Positions 38,150-53,511 of a stretch of DNA of 64,000 nucleotides are shown here, piece by piece. The notes beneath the pieces were generated by a model. It searched no databases. It saw only the letters and a program-made list of their open reading frames with translations, and was not told the DNA's origin. Each line of letters starts with the position of its first letter. Positions within the stretch are counted from its first letter, which is position 1. Made by a program: the position numbers and the translations under genes. This stretch comes from the human T2T-CHM13v2.0 reference genome, Homo sapiens. The DNA is taken from assembly GCF_009914755.1 (NCBI RefSeq), contig NC_060935.1; one strand, given 5' to 3'.

Positions 38150-38760
38150 ACTTTCTTGTTTTTTTATCCCATCCCACTGACCTCAATCTTATGTTTCCTA
38201 CTCATCTACCTTACTTTTTAATGTGGACATTTTTGGGCTAAATCTTTGAACCCCTTCTCTTTTGTATCTGAACTTTCTTCCTTGGTAGTGTCATATAGTC
38301 CCGTGCTTTTTAGTAACATCTACATGAGGATGATTCCACAGTTTATATTTGTACTACAAACCTCTCCCTTAACCTCCAGACTCATACATCCCAATGTCAG
38401 TTCATTCTCTCCATTGCCTAAGTTCAGAATACATGTTGATTGTAACATTTCCAAAACCAGACTTTCAGTGAATTTCCCATAGTTCTTCCCATATGGTTAA
38501 TAATAATTCCATCTACTTAGAATGATCCACACTGCTGCTCTGTCTCTGAAACCCTGTATCCAAAGTGTCAACAATTTCTTTGTGGCTACCTTGAAGATAC
38601 GCCATGACTCTGACCACTTCTTACCACTTCACTTTCACTGTTTTTACTCTTAGTGCATTCTAGCATCATCTCTTGCCTGGTTTTTCCAATAGTCTTTTTT
38701 TTTTTCATTCTTGTTTCTATTCAGGATACCCAGCAAAGCAGCTAAAATAGGTTTACTATT
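38150..38760 (+). mobile_element. L2 fragment
   Basis: ACCTCTCCCTTAACCTCCAGACTCATACATCCCAATG...CTGACCACTTCTTACCACTTC...CATCATCTCTTGCCTGG. Confidence 0.65.
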
Positions 38761-38799
38761 ACGTGCAAAATGGAAGTGAGCTTTGGCAATTTATTATTC

Positions 38800-39050
38800 A
38801 TAACAATGGTTAACATCTACAGAACACTTATAAGATGTTAAGCATTATTCTAAATATTTAAATCTAAAAAGTAATTCATTTTATCCACATAGTAACTCAT
38901 TGAGGCAGGTGCTCATTATTATCTATTTAATCATGAGAAAACTGAGGCCCAGAAAACCATAATTTGCTCAAATCACTAATCTAGGAAATGGCAAATAAAA
39001 GATTTCAATCAAGTTACATTGGCTCAGAGAATGCTGTTGATCACTGTGAG
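38800..39050 (-). mobile_element. MIR SINE
   Basis: TGAGGCAGGTGCTCATTATT...ATGAGAAAACTGAGGCCCAGA. Confidence 0.65.
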
Positions 39051-42000
39051 ATTCAAGGGTCATTCTACTATTTCTGAACCCTAATTCAAAAACTGCAATC
39101 TTAGTAAACACACACACACACACGTACATGTATATATTCTCTGATTTCTCACTAGGAAATACAATTCTAATACTACTGTTAGTATTGTCAAGATTTACTA
39201 ATTGAACATCTACTAAGTGTCAGACAATTTACCAGGCCTTAAAAATATTCCCTAATCCTCAAAAAGACAAAGAAAAAAGTGGGTCATTTTAATCTTATTT
39301 TATAGAAAGGAAATCTAAGGACTGGAGAGACTCAATAACACACTGATGACCATTATAGGCACTTAATAAATATTAGATAAATGTAGTGATAAATCCTAAT
39401 ATATTTAAGTATCCATATTTATAAATACACGAATATGCATTACTTTGCTTCATTATACATATGCTCTGAAGTATCTGTTGGGTAGTGGCTTGGTGGCTCC
39501 AGTCGTAAATAATGACTTTTTTTTTCATGGGCTTCTCAAAGTCCATGATTCAAATTTACATTCCTGGCAAAATTACCCCAGATTAACTGCCAGGGATCGT
39601 TGGGGTTGCTTGAGAATTGTAACCCCATGAAATGTGAAATATGTTCATGACAAGGATTCACTGTGCTGTGCTTTTCTGGGCTATTACTATCCCTCTCCAC
39701 CACTTTGTCTGGCCTGAGATGTGTGTAATAACTGGCTTTTTCTGCTTTTGCTTTTCCACCCCTATCAGTCCATAGGAAATAATCCATTTTGAAAAGATGA
39801 TGAACGAGAGGCCTTTGAATAAATTAGCATAAATAAACGAAACCAAAACGTGATGAGTGTTAATAATAAGGACTCAGTTGGATTTTACGTAAGATGAAGC
39901 AACATCCAGAGTATGAGGAAATTGGGCTAGGGCATCTCTCTTGTTTCTCAGAAGTGATAGCAGCTCATGTCAGCCATTTACTGGCACTAAATACCTTCTT
40001 TCAGGAAAAGTATCAAATGTAGCCAGCATTTCACACTTGTACTATTTTCTTATTTAAAAAATCCATAGCCCTCTTAAGAAATAAAATTAATATTAAATAT
40101 TCCATTGGCTGAATCCCATGCAGACACTAATGGGACTCTGAAGAGAGCCCTGCTTTGGGTAAGCAGTCTTGAGTGATTTTTGTTATATTTTAATAACATT
40201 AAAAATATGGATCTGGTTCTCATCTCTTTCTCTTCTATGTATCTATCTTATCTGAATATAAATGGATATGTTTAGAAAATTCATGAAAAAGTGTACAGTA
40301 GGGTCCACTTCTAAAAACCTCCTCATCCTGTTTAATAGGCAGCCATAATATAAATTAAAGCAAGCATCAACATTAAATATGAACTCCATTGTAATGGTAT
40401 TACCTGCTAACTTCATCTCTAATCTCTGCTAGTCTATGAGTCCACCCTATTATTTGTAGTTCCTCTCTTGTATTTATTTCATCAATATTATTACTCTTTA
40501 TCATTAATTATCCATTGTAACTAATTAATAATTATTAAGAAGCAACCGAACAGTACTAGTTCCCTCCCAGCTTGCAAGCCACCTTGATATTTCCATCTTT
40601 TATGCTGTACATAAGTCTAACCAGACTTTCTGACTTTTTTTCAAAGCTCTTTAGTGCAAAAGCTAACAATTATCCCCAGTAAACTTTGTCCTTTTTCTGA
40701 TAGACTATTTTAAAAATTAATCAAGTGTTAATTTTAACTACTTTGTTATTCTGAGTTACAGGCAACTCTACCAAGTTAATATCCCCTATCAATTGTATGA
40801 GTATATTTTATCATTTTTATTGAATTCACAATTGAATATAAAATAATTGCATATGTTGTAGGAGCATTTCCTTTCAAAGAAGAGTCAGAGAATATTCCTT
40901 TCTACAATTATCTATTTATGTAATACTCACAATTCAGCATCAAAACCAGATTAACCTACCTTCATCGAGTTCCTCAAGAACTGATCATCTTGCTAATGCA
41001 ACAATGATTAAAATATTGTACTTGTAAATTCTAATAAGTAGTGTAACTTTTTATAAAACTAGATAATTACCTCTGCTATAATACAAAGTTTGTTAGTGCT
41101 CCAAAGCCCAAATCAGATAGATAAGCAGACCCCATTTTATCGGAAACAGCCAATGGAACTAGGTAAATATAGGTTGAAGGTGGGCTATTTTGGCAATGGG
41201 CATCATGGTTGACTTCAGTCATTCAGAATGCTATTTCACAAATGAAGGAATGGTCTTATTCTGCATTGTCATAAAGAACAAAACTGATACTAAGTAGTCA
41301 CAGACACATGACAGTAGAATTATTTCATTACCCCTTGACTTGTTTCAGAAAGAGTTTCAAGAAATACATGAAGAACATAGATTTCTCAGAATATAGTATA
41401 ATAAGTATATGTGGTTAGCTTTTTGTCAGTAAAGACACCCAAGAAGTCACATGAAGAGTACTCGCTGAGAGGTTTTTAGGGAAAAAAATCAAGCTTCAAG
41501 ATGACAGTTTTACTGAATAGCCTGCATGGTTCCTTGTAACCCTAGTAACCCATGATCCTATGAAGTATGTCATTTAGATGTCTTACTTTCTATTTTCTGC
41601 CATTTACTCTTTACCTTTTGTGATCTGGCTCCGTTAATTACTGGTCAACTGAATTCTCTCAGCAAAGAAACTATGCTAGATTTCACTAATGGTCCTAATT
41701 CTTCACTCATCGTATAGCTATACTCTGTACCATATGACTTTGCAGTTCCTACCACTATTTCCCTGCTTTTTGACTTTGAGTTTGACCATGTGGATTACTT
41801 TTGTTGATGTGATATTAGCAGGCATGGCATTAAAAAAAATCTTAAAAATTTCTGTGTGACTGAGCTTACCTTCTCATGCCCCTGCTTTTTTCCATGAGAA
41901 TGACATTTCTGGGATAGTCTACTGGTCCCAGGAGAAAGATGAAAGATGTATAGTGCAGGTTGGAACCATCCCCACTGGATCTGGCCTAATCAAGTGCTGC

Positions 42001-42134
42001 AAAGCTACATTTCCTGAAAATAAAGTAGCTGACTGATACAAAATTTGGCACCTGAAAGTGAAGTGCTGCTGTATTAAATACTTACAATTTGTGGCATGAG
42101 TTTGAGAACTAGCTAGTGTTAGAACTAACCAGTG

Positions 42135-42437
42135 GACCGGGCAAGGTGGCTCAAGCCTATAATCCCAGCCCTTTGGGAGGCCAAGGCAGGAGGATCACCT
42201 GAGGTCAGGAGTTCGAGACAAGCCTGGCCAACATGGCAAATCCCCATCTCTACTAAAAATACAAAAATTAGCCGGGCATGGTGGCAGGTACCTGTAATCC
42301 CAGTTACTCAGGAAGCTAAGGCAGGAGAATCACTCGAACCTGGGAGGCAGAGGTTGCAGTGAGCCAAGATCGTGCCACTGCACTCCGGCCAGGGTGACAA
42401 GACAGACTCTGTCTCAAAAAAAAAAAAAAAAAAAAAA
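42135..42437 (+). mobile_element. AluSx-type, full length
   Basis: GGATCACCTGAGGTCAGGAGTTCGAGAC; TSD AGAACTAACCAGTG (42121-42134) / AGAACTAGCCAGTG (42437-42450). Confidence 0.92.
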
Positions 42438-42999
42438 GAACTAGCCAGTGATGTTCCCTCATCACTAGGTCAGTGATGAAGGAACAATGAGAAGAGGCTG
42501 GGTAAATGGCAATCCACGTAAAATAGTGATGAAATTAGTAATATTGTCTGTTACAATAACTGGGAAGATAGTAAATGTATTTAATAGATTTTTGTACTTG
42601 GCTGAGTAAACCCTAAGCAAAATGTTGAAGTGCACTCTTGTTTCTTTTACTTGTGTTTGATATACTACTTTAAGAAAGAGATAAGCTTAGAAAAATACGA
42701 ATCAGATTGTAGCAAAATTTGGTGAGAATGTAAAGTCTATAACCTGTTGGGTTGGAAAGTAAAAGAGGTTCTTATCTCCAACTCTTCCAGATAATAAAAG
42801 AAACTTCAATTCTGATAAATTCTGGGGCTGAAGATTAAATCTAGGAAATAGCTGATGTATACATGGTCTCAGAATACAGACTAACTACATGGTATGACTG
42901 TAGGTTCTTTTGATAAGACTTCTGAAAAATTTACAGTGATACCTAGTAGATATTATGATCACACAGCAGCCTAATATGCCCAAAATACTGCAATTAAGC

Positions 43000-43202
43000 C
43001 TAAGCTGTATTATCCTACATGGTAGCCTCTACCCACGTAGCTGTTTAAATTAGAATTCATTAAAATTTAAAATTTAGTTCATTACTCATACTAACTATAT
43101 TTCAAGTACTTAGTAGCCGCATGTGACTAGTAGCTCTCTTATTGGACATCACAAATAAAGGCTCTTTCCATTATTCTAGAAAGTTTTATTAGACGGCTCT
43201 GG
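43000..43202. mobile_element. MER3/MER33-type hAT-Charlie element
   Basis: ATTTCAAGTACTTAGTAGCCGCATGTGACTAGTAGCT..ATTGGACATCACA...TTTCCATTATTCTAGAAAGTTTTATTAGAC. Confidence 0.75.
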
Positions 43203-43263
43203 TAGAGCTGTCTAATAAAAAACCACTAAATGTTTCAGAAAATTCAGTTACCATATATGCTAC

Positions 43264-45763
<2,500 letters not shown>

Positions 45764-45764
45764 T

Positions 45765-45835
45765 TATTGTTTTAAACCGCTGATTTTGAGGGTTGTTTGT
45801 CATGTTGCATTTGTGTATGGATAGCTATCTGATGG
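45765..45835 (+). mobile_element. 3' terminus of an MLT1H-like LTR
   Basis: TTGTTTTAAACCGCTGATTTTGAGGGTTGTTTGTCATG...GATAGCTATCTGAT. Confidence 0.55.
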
Positions 45836-45859
45836 AGTCACTAATAATCTCTTGTTTAT

Positions 45860-46550
45860 TAAAGTCAATAAGTCTAAATCTCTCTTGGCCAATTGCTCCT
45901 CTTGTTACTTGATTTCCATTACCAACTTTTTTTTTTTTTTCTACCTGCCTATCTTTATGGTTGTTTTTTTTTTCTCAGCTTTCCTTTGTGGATTTTCTTT
46001 CTCTGCTTTTTCCTTAAATCCAGATTCTATTCATCCTTAACTGTGTTCTCTTCACTTTAGGCACTAGGTTTGTGATGCATCTGTTTTATTTAATTCTTTC
46101 TTAACATTGTATAATGCCCATATTTCTATGTCCTACTAAGGTCTCCCTGTGCTCTAGAATAGTTAATAATTGATGGGCTATTTCAACATGTATGCCTCAC
46201 TGGATATGTCTAAACACAAACTCCTCATCTTTGTCCTTAACTGTGTACCAGTTTTTGTGTTTCCTGTCTCAGTGGATGGCAGTATCACATATTCAGTTGC
46301 TCAGGCCAGGAACCTGGGTGAAATGAGTCTTCTTTCTCCCTCACTTTTCACATTTAATTAATTACAAAGTCCTGTCAATACTACTCCTTAATATATTTTA
46401 TTTGCATTCACTTCATTCAAACCCTCTACCCTCTACATTATTTTTGTACCCTATTATCTCTTGTACTAGATTCCTACAGTTTCCTTTTAACTGGTTTTCA
46501 TGCCTTCACTTTTGTATTTCTTCAAGTCATTCTTCAGAGATCAAGCTAAT
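45860..46550 (+). mobile_element. L2 fragment
   Basis: GTTTCCTGTCTCAGTGGATGGCAGTATCAC..TCAGTTGCTCAGGCCAGGAACCTGGG...CAAAGTCCTGTCAATACTAC. Confidence 0.7.
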
Positions 46551-46555
46551 TGCTT

Positions 46556-46980
46556 ATGTTAATTAGAGTTTCTCAGTTGCAAGCAAGAGAAACCATCTCT
46601 AGTTACCTAAAGCAAAAAGTGATACAGTAAAAAGAATTGGAAAGATGCATGGAAGTTTAAAGATAGAAGGGAATTCTAAAGAAAACCAGTAGGACTTTCT
46701 CAATAAATTTGGCTATGTGCTGGAAATGGAAAAAAAAAAGTGAAAAAGTGTTTTCCTCCCTTTGATTGGCCGATCTTAGGTGTTTATTTTGTTTAGAGTG
46801 ATATCCATAAAATACTAAAAGGATGTGGTTATTGGAGCCCCCAAAGACTTTTTCAATTTTTGAAGACAGAAGCACTGGAATTATAATCTCACTAACATTG
46901 AGATGAGGTAAGAAGGCATTCCCAAGAAGAAATGGGAGTGCAGGTAGAAAGGAGAAATGGATGCCAGTTGGGCCCAAACA
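46556..46980 (-). mobile_element. Old MLT1 (M/N-type) LTR fragment
   Basis: TTAGAGTTTCTCAGTTGCAAGCAAGAGAAACCATCTCTAGTTACCTAAAGCAAAAAG. Confidence 0.5.
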
Positions 46981-48644
46981 GATAAATGATTATTATCTCC
47001 ATATATATTTTCTTTACATTGCTTAAAAACAGTTTAGTATCTTTCATGTTTCTCAGGATAGATTCCATATTTTCTAATATGACAGGCAAAACTTTTTCTG
47101 AGCTCTGCATAAGCTTTACATAAGTCCTTGGCTTCACAGAATACTATATTATCAAAATTAAAATCAGTCCTACCCTTATCTGGGTCAGGAACCTTGGCTC
47201 TTTCTACCTCCCAGGTCTGCTCCCAGCTATGCCTAGCCAAATCTGTCCAGTCCTCTGTAACTTGCTTAGAATTATTTCATCTCTTCCCAACACTGAAGGT
47301 ACAGTCTATTTCCAACATGCCCATATAGGCCCTTGTGCTTGCCCATAGCTTACTACTTATCACACTGACTTTTAGTTGTCTTTTAAAGAACCCAGACTGA
47401 TTCTCATTCACTTTTGTATTCCCAGTTGCTTTCACAGTAGTTGACACACAGTAGGCACTCAATAAATTTATAGGAAGTTGAAAAATATGCTTCTTATTTC
47501 ATTTGTTGATAATTTTCAAGTATCATTAAAATGGTAGTAATATTTACTACATGGCAAATATGCAAGATAGTAAGGCTATGAATTAATGAAATCCATCCAC
47601 TCTGGCCTCATAAATCACAGTGCTACATTCTGTTCCAGATTCCACAGGTGCAATGCTTACATTTAATTGCACTGATCAAGCTCTCCTTATGCTGAATTCC
47701 TGTATATATCATCCTCTGGGTAGGATCAACTGTGCAGTTTCAAATCCATTTGTTTCAAAATCCCAGGAGGACTCTGTGTTCTTGTGTGACTTTGTGTTAC
47801 TTCCTGATGACTCATGGAGTGTAAGAGCAATGAAAGCAGAGGCTGCGTAAATAGATTCTCCTGGGGAGAAAATTCCTCTTTAAATCAATTTAATTTTCTA
47901 CTTTTTGAAATGTGAGCTAAGCATGTTGCATCTTTGTTTTAAGGAGCTCAAGCATCTTTGCAAATATTTGGTCCCTTTTCTTAAAGAATTCTTAAAGCCT
48001 GATATGATTGGCTTTGGCTTTCAGGCTTGATAATTCCTTGTAGCTTGGTAGGAATATCAAAGACCAAAATCCATTTTTTTCTGCTTTCCTAGACAACTCA
48101 GTGATAAAGTAGGAAAATAATAATAAACACGGATATGCACCAATAAGCTGGATTTCTATAGAGCATATTTTAGCTACAGGACTGAAAATTCTTTCCTATT
48201 CACTGTATTATCATATTTATTTTTTAGGTCAATATGACATAAATGTAGAAATAAAATAGCTGGGGACATAGAGGCATAAAAACATTCTGTTCAGTAAGGT
48301 CTCCAGGCTTATCCTCCTGTTTGTACCCTCTTAAACATGCTGTTATCCCACCCACATTTAAAATGTTGGCTCATGATCATTTGAATATTACCATGGGCAT
48401 ATTGGCAAATTCCTTTCAATTTTCCTCTGGCTAGTAAGCTTTAGAATAAGAATGACTCCCAATTGACCAATGCTATGTTTCGAATACACTCTATAATGAA
48501 TCAATTTACAGAGGCAAACATTGGCTTCCCTTGCTGATTTGTTTTTCTGAAATCTGCCGAATAAAGGCCAGAATTCATTAGCTTGGCTCTCTAAGTTCTC
48601 TGTCATCAGATCCCTCTAAGCATTCTCTGCTCTATGCTCTAACC

Positions 48645-48880
48645 AAGCATTTTACAATGTATCTTCATTGAATATTAATCTTTTTAAATGTGCTGAGGAG
48701 GTGGATTCCATAGTAAAATTAGCTTATTAATGTGTTAAGATTTATTATGCAAATTAGCATATTAAAATCTTTAAGAAGTCTTTTAATAATGGAATTGGAT
48801 CCATTTTGTTTAAGTTTTTCTGAACTTACTTGGTCATAGATTCTCTTTTTTCATATATATATATTTAACTTGCTAAGGGA
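48645..48880. mobile_element. MER103-like hAT-Charlie fragment
   Basis: ATGCAAATTAGCATATTAAAA...TTTCTGAACTTACTTGGTCATAGA. Confidence 0.4.
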
Positions 48881-49831
48881 AGTGTTACATTGCCTTATGT
48901 GTTCTGGAAAGATTTGCTGAACTGTTGGGTAGCAGTTTCCTATGTCCATTCATGGTCTCTCACCCTGGAATGCCTCAGCTGCTATTTTCAAGTATCTCTC
49001 AAAGCTAAGTCTAAGTGTAACTCACCGTCTTTCCTGATCTTCGCAGACAGACGTGTCCTCTCCCACTTCTGAACTCCTGTTGTATTTTATCAATGTGTCT
49101 TTTATGGCACTGCTCATTCTCTATATTGAATAATAATTAAGGCCAGTTTAATTACTCTCATTGGACTGTGGGATCCTTGAGGACACAGCCCAGTTTTACT
49201 CATTGTTTTATAATCTTTAGTATAGATAATATACCTGTCACCTATAGTACTTTTTCTAGAGCATTGATGCATTTAAAACAAACGAAACAACAGAGGAATG
49301 AATGAATGACAAAATCTTTATACATTATTAATATAAAATTTTAGTATTGTGGCTGAATCCATCTCTGAAAAATTATTTTGGATAAAATTATAATTTAATG
49401 ACATTAGTATTTCACATAGGAATTTGCTATCAGATAGCAGTCTTGACTTTGTTTCAAGCCAAATATTGCTGCATGTCTCTTTCATGAACATGATCTTCAA
49501 GAACAAAACACCTTAGCTTGGTTTCCATGGGCCTCCTGTAATAGGCTACATCTACTTTCATCCTTGATTCTGCTTAATAGTAAGTATCTGTCCCATAAAA
49601 GCATGTCTCCCTATCTGATGAATGCAGTGTCCATTGTTACCTCCATGCTGTCCTTCAGGCTACACCCCGGCCCTGATTCCTTGCCATTCTCCTAAATCCT
49701 TAGCTATACCTATTCATCTTTCAAGACCTACTTCCAGTCAGAAGTTCACAATGAAGCCTTAATTACTTCAGTCTTCTAGCCTCCTTTGACTAGTAGCTCA
49801 ACAGACCTTTTATTACTGATTGGTTACCTTC

Positions 49832-50466
49832 TGGCGTCCAGGCTGGAGTACCATGGCACAATCTTGGCTCGCTGCAGCCTCTGCCTCCCATGTTCCAGTG
49901 ATTCTCATGCCTTAGCCTCCCGAGTAGCTGAGATTACAGGCATGTGCCACCACACCAGGCTAATTTTTGTATTTTTAGAAGAGACAGTGATATGGTTTGC
50001 CTCTGTGTCTCCACCCAAATCTCATGTCAAATAGTAATCCCCTCATGTTGGGGTAGGGACCTGGGGGGAGGTGATTGGATTATGGGGCTGGTCTCCCCCA
50101 TACTGTTCTTGTGATAGTGATTGAGTTCTCATGAGAGCTGATGGTTTAAAAGTATGTGGCAGTTCCCCTCATTCTCTTTCCTGCTCCACCACGGGAAGAT
50201 GTGCCTTGCTTCCCCTTTACTTTTGGCCATGATTGCAAGCTTCCTGAGACCTCCCCAGCTATGTGGAACTGTGAGTCAATTAAACTTCTTTTCTTTATAA
50301 ATTACGCAATCTCAGGTAGTTCTCTAGAGCAGTGTGACAACAAAATAATACAGACAGGGTTTCACCATGTTGGCCAGACTAGTCTCAAACTCCTGGCTGC
50401 TAGTGATATGCCAACCTCCACTTCCCAAAGTGCTGGGATTACAGGCATGAGCCATGGTGCCCTGCC
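49832..50466 (-). mobile_element. Old Alu (Sz/Jb-type), lacking poly(A), split by a MaLR LTR (pieces 49832-49987 and 50353-50466)
   Basis: CCAGGCTGGAGT...TTTTTGTATTTTTAG.AGAGACAG | GACAGGGTTTCACCATGTTGGCCAG...GAGCCA..GTGCC; perfect TSD TGATTGGTTACCTT (49817-49830 / 50467-50480). Confidence 0.88.
49988..50352 (+). mobile_element. THE1D/MSTA-type solo LTR inside an Alu
   Basis: TGATATGGTTTG.CTCTGTGTC.CCACCCAAATCTCATG...AATACA; perfect TSD GACAG (49983-49987 / 50353-50357). Confidence 0.9.
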
Positions 50467-50569
50467 TGATTGGTTACCTTTTATACTGCCTTTCACCACC
50501 AGGCTTCAAACACCTTGAGGGCAGGAACACTTTGGGGATTTTTTTTTTTTTTGGTTCCTCAGAGAATCA

Positions 50570-50750
50570 TAATGTTAATGATACCATTTAGTGAGCACTT
50601 ATTGCATCCAGTCACTGCTTTTAGCAGTTTGCACAGACTGATTCAGTAAAACCTCATTAATCTGAGGCACAGAGAAGTTAAGTACCTTACCCAAAGTAAC
50701 ACAGCTAGTTTGAGATTGGAACTCAAGTGATCTGCTTGTGGAACTCACAT
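50570..50750 (-). mobile_element. MIR SINE
   Basis: CCATTTAGTGAGCACTTA...CTGAGGCACAGAGAAGTTAAGTACCTTACCCAAAGTAACACAGCTAGT. Confidence 0.75.
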
Positions 50751-51958
50751 GTTTATGAATTGGTTAGTTGAAATGGATAATTTTTATCTTTTTGGCATTA
50801 TAAATTATGTATATCCATACACATTGATTGCATAAATTATATCAATGAAAATATGAATGTGTTCACTATTTTAGAAAATTCTACACAAAAGAGCATTTCT
50901 TTTTAATTGGCAGATGGTGAAATAAATATAACAGACACTTGAAACCCACAATAGGTGTAATTCCTTTTTTAGTCATGTAAAATAATTTCAAATATAAGAC
51001 CAGATATATAAAATATGTAATGCAAAGACAATTATATTTAAAGTATATAATTTAAAGTATATTTAAAGTATATAAAAGTCTGCATATGTACTTTCAGAAA
51101 AATGCACAAAACTTTGATAACTTTTAGAAAACAGCAGACTTTTTAAAATTTTGGAGAAATTAACATGTTTTAGATTTTAAAAGAGGACAGTGGCAGGTTT
51201 CAGGTAAACTAGAAATTAGATGTTAGAAAGCTTATATTAGTCATTAGCAAATTTAAACTAAAATATTTAAGCAGAAATTTTGTGTTGGGGAGTGAGTGAA
51301 TGTGTTTATCAAGGAGCTGGTAAGGGTTCCATTCCCTCGATTTGCAGAATTAATTGATAGGGCTTCTAGGTTCAATAAAATTGGATTTTGCTGACTTCAC
51401 AGGTGAATTTATTAGGCACCTGAAGCATAAACAGTTATCAGAAGTTTAGTAGGCAACTCTGCTCATGGTAAAGTTCTGGAAAAACAGAAATATTTATAAT
51501 AAGTAAAGATAACACTAGTCAATATTAATTATCATTCCTACAGTTGGTTAGACAAATACAAAAAGTGTTGATAAATTATTGATTAGCTTTATGGTGCAAT
51601 AACTCTAAAGAATAACTACTTGTAAATGTATTGTCAAGGCTTTCTCCCCCAGTATCTTCCTAGCTAAGAAGCTAGGGGTTGCTGTATTGTTAGCCCTCTT
51701 CTGACTTTTTATTTTGCAGTTCTGATAGATAACTGGTTATCTGTTAAAGAATTCCACTAAAATGTTAACGGATAATATCTTAAGATGTCACCTCTTTCCA
51801 AAACATTTACATGTAAAGGCTGGATTTTCTAAGGACAAATTGCCCTGATCCCAAATGACTAATCATTTAAGAGGAATTTAATCATTAAAATAGGCCAAAA
51901 AAAGCACAGAACTTTTTCTTAGAATTAATATTAGTATTTTTGCCCAAATTTATGGGGC

Positions 51959-51960
<2 letters not shown>

Positions 51961-52010
<50 letters not shown>
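51961..52010. repeat. (TG)25 microsatellite
   Basis: Perfect TG dinucleotide run. Confidence 0.97.
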
Positions 52011-52011
<1 letters not shown>

Positions 52012-52299
52012 TCGGGGGAGGGGGGCGGGGGCAGAGGGTGTGTAATAGTCCCAGAATTCCTTTAAACCCACTATTCCTTTTTTCTGTCTACATCTCCTTT
52101 GCAAAGCCTGCCTTCTGGAAAGACTCTAATACCAGTCATTTATAGCTTAATGCAAATTTACGTACCAGTATTTCTCTCCAGTTGTATCTGAATTTTAGGT
52201 TTAATTTAAAAACAAGAAGTTCTGTCACAGTAAAATATGCTTTGGTGTCTCTAAGGTAGAGTAGAGGGAATTCAAATTCTTGTGCTCCAAAATATTATC

Positions 52300-52767
52300 T
52301 GTACTGGGTTAAATAGTGTCCCCACCAAATCCATTTCCACTGGAACCTGTGAATTTAGTGTCATTTGGAAGTAGGGTCTTTGTAGATGTAATCAAGTTAA
52401 AATGAGGTCATACTGGATTAGGACGGGCCCTAATCCAAGACGGTGTTGTTAGAAGAAGAAGATACTTGGGCACAGACACACACAGAAGGAAGATTTCACG
52501 TTAAGACAGAGGCAGAGTTTGGAGTTCCCACTACAAGCCATGGAATGCCAAGGATTGCTGTCAATAACCAGGAAATAACCAGCTAGGAAAAGGCAAAGAA
52601 GGATTTTCTAGGCTCTCCAGAGATAGCACAGCCTTTCCAACACCTTGATTTTAGACTTCTAGCCTCCAGAATTGTTCTTTTAAGCCACACAGTTTGTGGT
52701 AATTTCTGTTCTTTTAAGCCATACAGTTGGTGGTAATTTGTTACATCAGCCTTAGAAAATTAATCAA
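52300..52767 (+). mobile_element. MLT1B/C-type solo LTR
   Basis: TTTGGAAGTAGGGTCTTTGTAGATGTAATCAAGTTAAAATGAGGTCATACTGGATTAGG...CACCTTGATTTTAGACTTCTAGCCTCCAGAA; TSD TTATC/TTATC. Confidence 0.85.
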
Positions 52768-53157
52768 TTATCCCAACAACCTGTTAATAAGCTAAAGTTG
52801 AGTTTATCGCTTACTGCAATAGGACAAACACTATCTCCTATCTTGACAGAGCTTTAGTATCTTCTTAGAGAGGGTAGGGATGTCATCAGAATATTTGTTG
52901 AGATTTTGAAGGTGAACTTTTAAATGGGTTGAGCACTGGGTAAGGACCATTAGGACAGATGGATAGCAAAATGAGAGAGTTGACGTGATGGATCAAAAAT
53001 CTTAGAGTATAAACTGTCATTTGAGCTTTCTAAGAACAGTTAATAGGTCATTCAGGAAATATCACAGAATGAACAATAAAGTTATTTAAAATTATCACCT
53101 TCCTTGACAAGAGTTTCCTGGAATAGTAAATTATAGTGACAAAGACAAGAAAATTAT

Positions 53158-53511
53158 TTTACTAGTCTATTTTCATACTGCTATGAAGAAAAACCCAAGA
53201 CTGGGTAATTTATAAAGAAAAAGAGGTTTAATGGACTCACAGTTTCACATGGGTAGGGAGGCCTCACAATCATGGTGGAAGGTGAAGAAGGAACAAAGGC
53301 ACACCTTACATGGTGGCACGCAAGAGAGCGTGTGCAGGTGAACTGCCCTTCATAAATCCATCAGATCTTATTCACTACCATGAGAACAGCACGGGAAAAA
53401 ATGCCCCCATGATTCAATTACCTCTCACTGGGTTCCTCCCACGACACATGGGGATTATGGGAGCTACAATTCAAGATGAGATTTGAGTGAAGACACAGCC
53501 AAACCATATCA
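53158..53511 (-). mobile_element. THE1C-type solo LTR
   Basis: CCCAAGACTGGGTAATTTATAAAGAAAAAGAGGTTTAATGGACTCACAG...GGGAGCTACAATTCAAGATGAGATTTG..GACACAGCCAAACCATATCA. Confidence 0.9.

Larger units (their letters stand above)
41672..43260 (+). mobile_element. MLT1H-like LTR (~41672-42040) plus MLT1 internal sequence
   Basis: AATGGTCCTAATTCTTCAC...ATGACTTTGCAGTTCCT; LTR end GTAGCTGACTGATACA, then internal start AATTTGGCACCTGAAAGTGAAGTGCTGCTGTA..AAATAC. Confidence 0.65.

Noticed and set aside
51727-51742. Small hairpins such as AGATAAC-TG-GTTATCT (others at ~5595, ~9421, ~17543)
   Set aside because: Stems of 7-8 bp are expected by chance.
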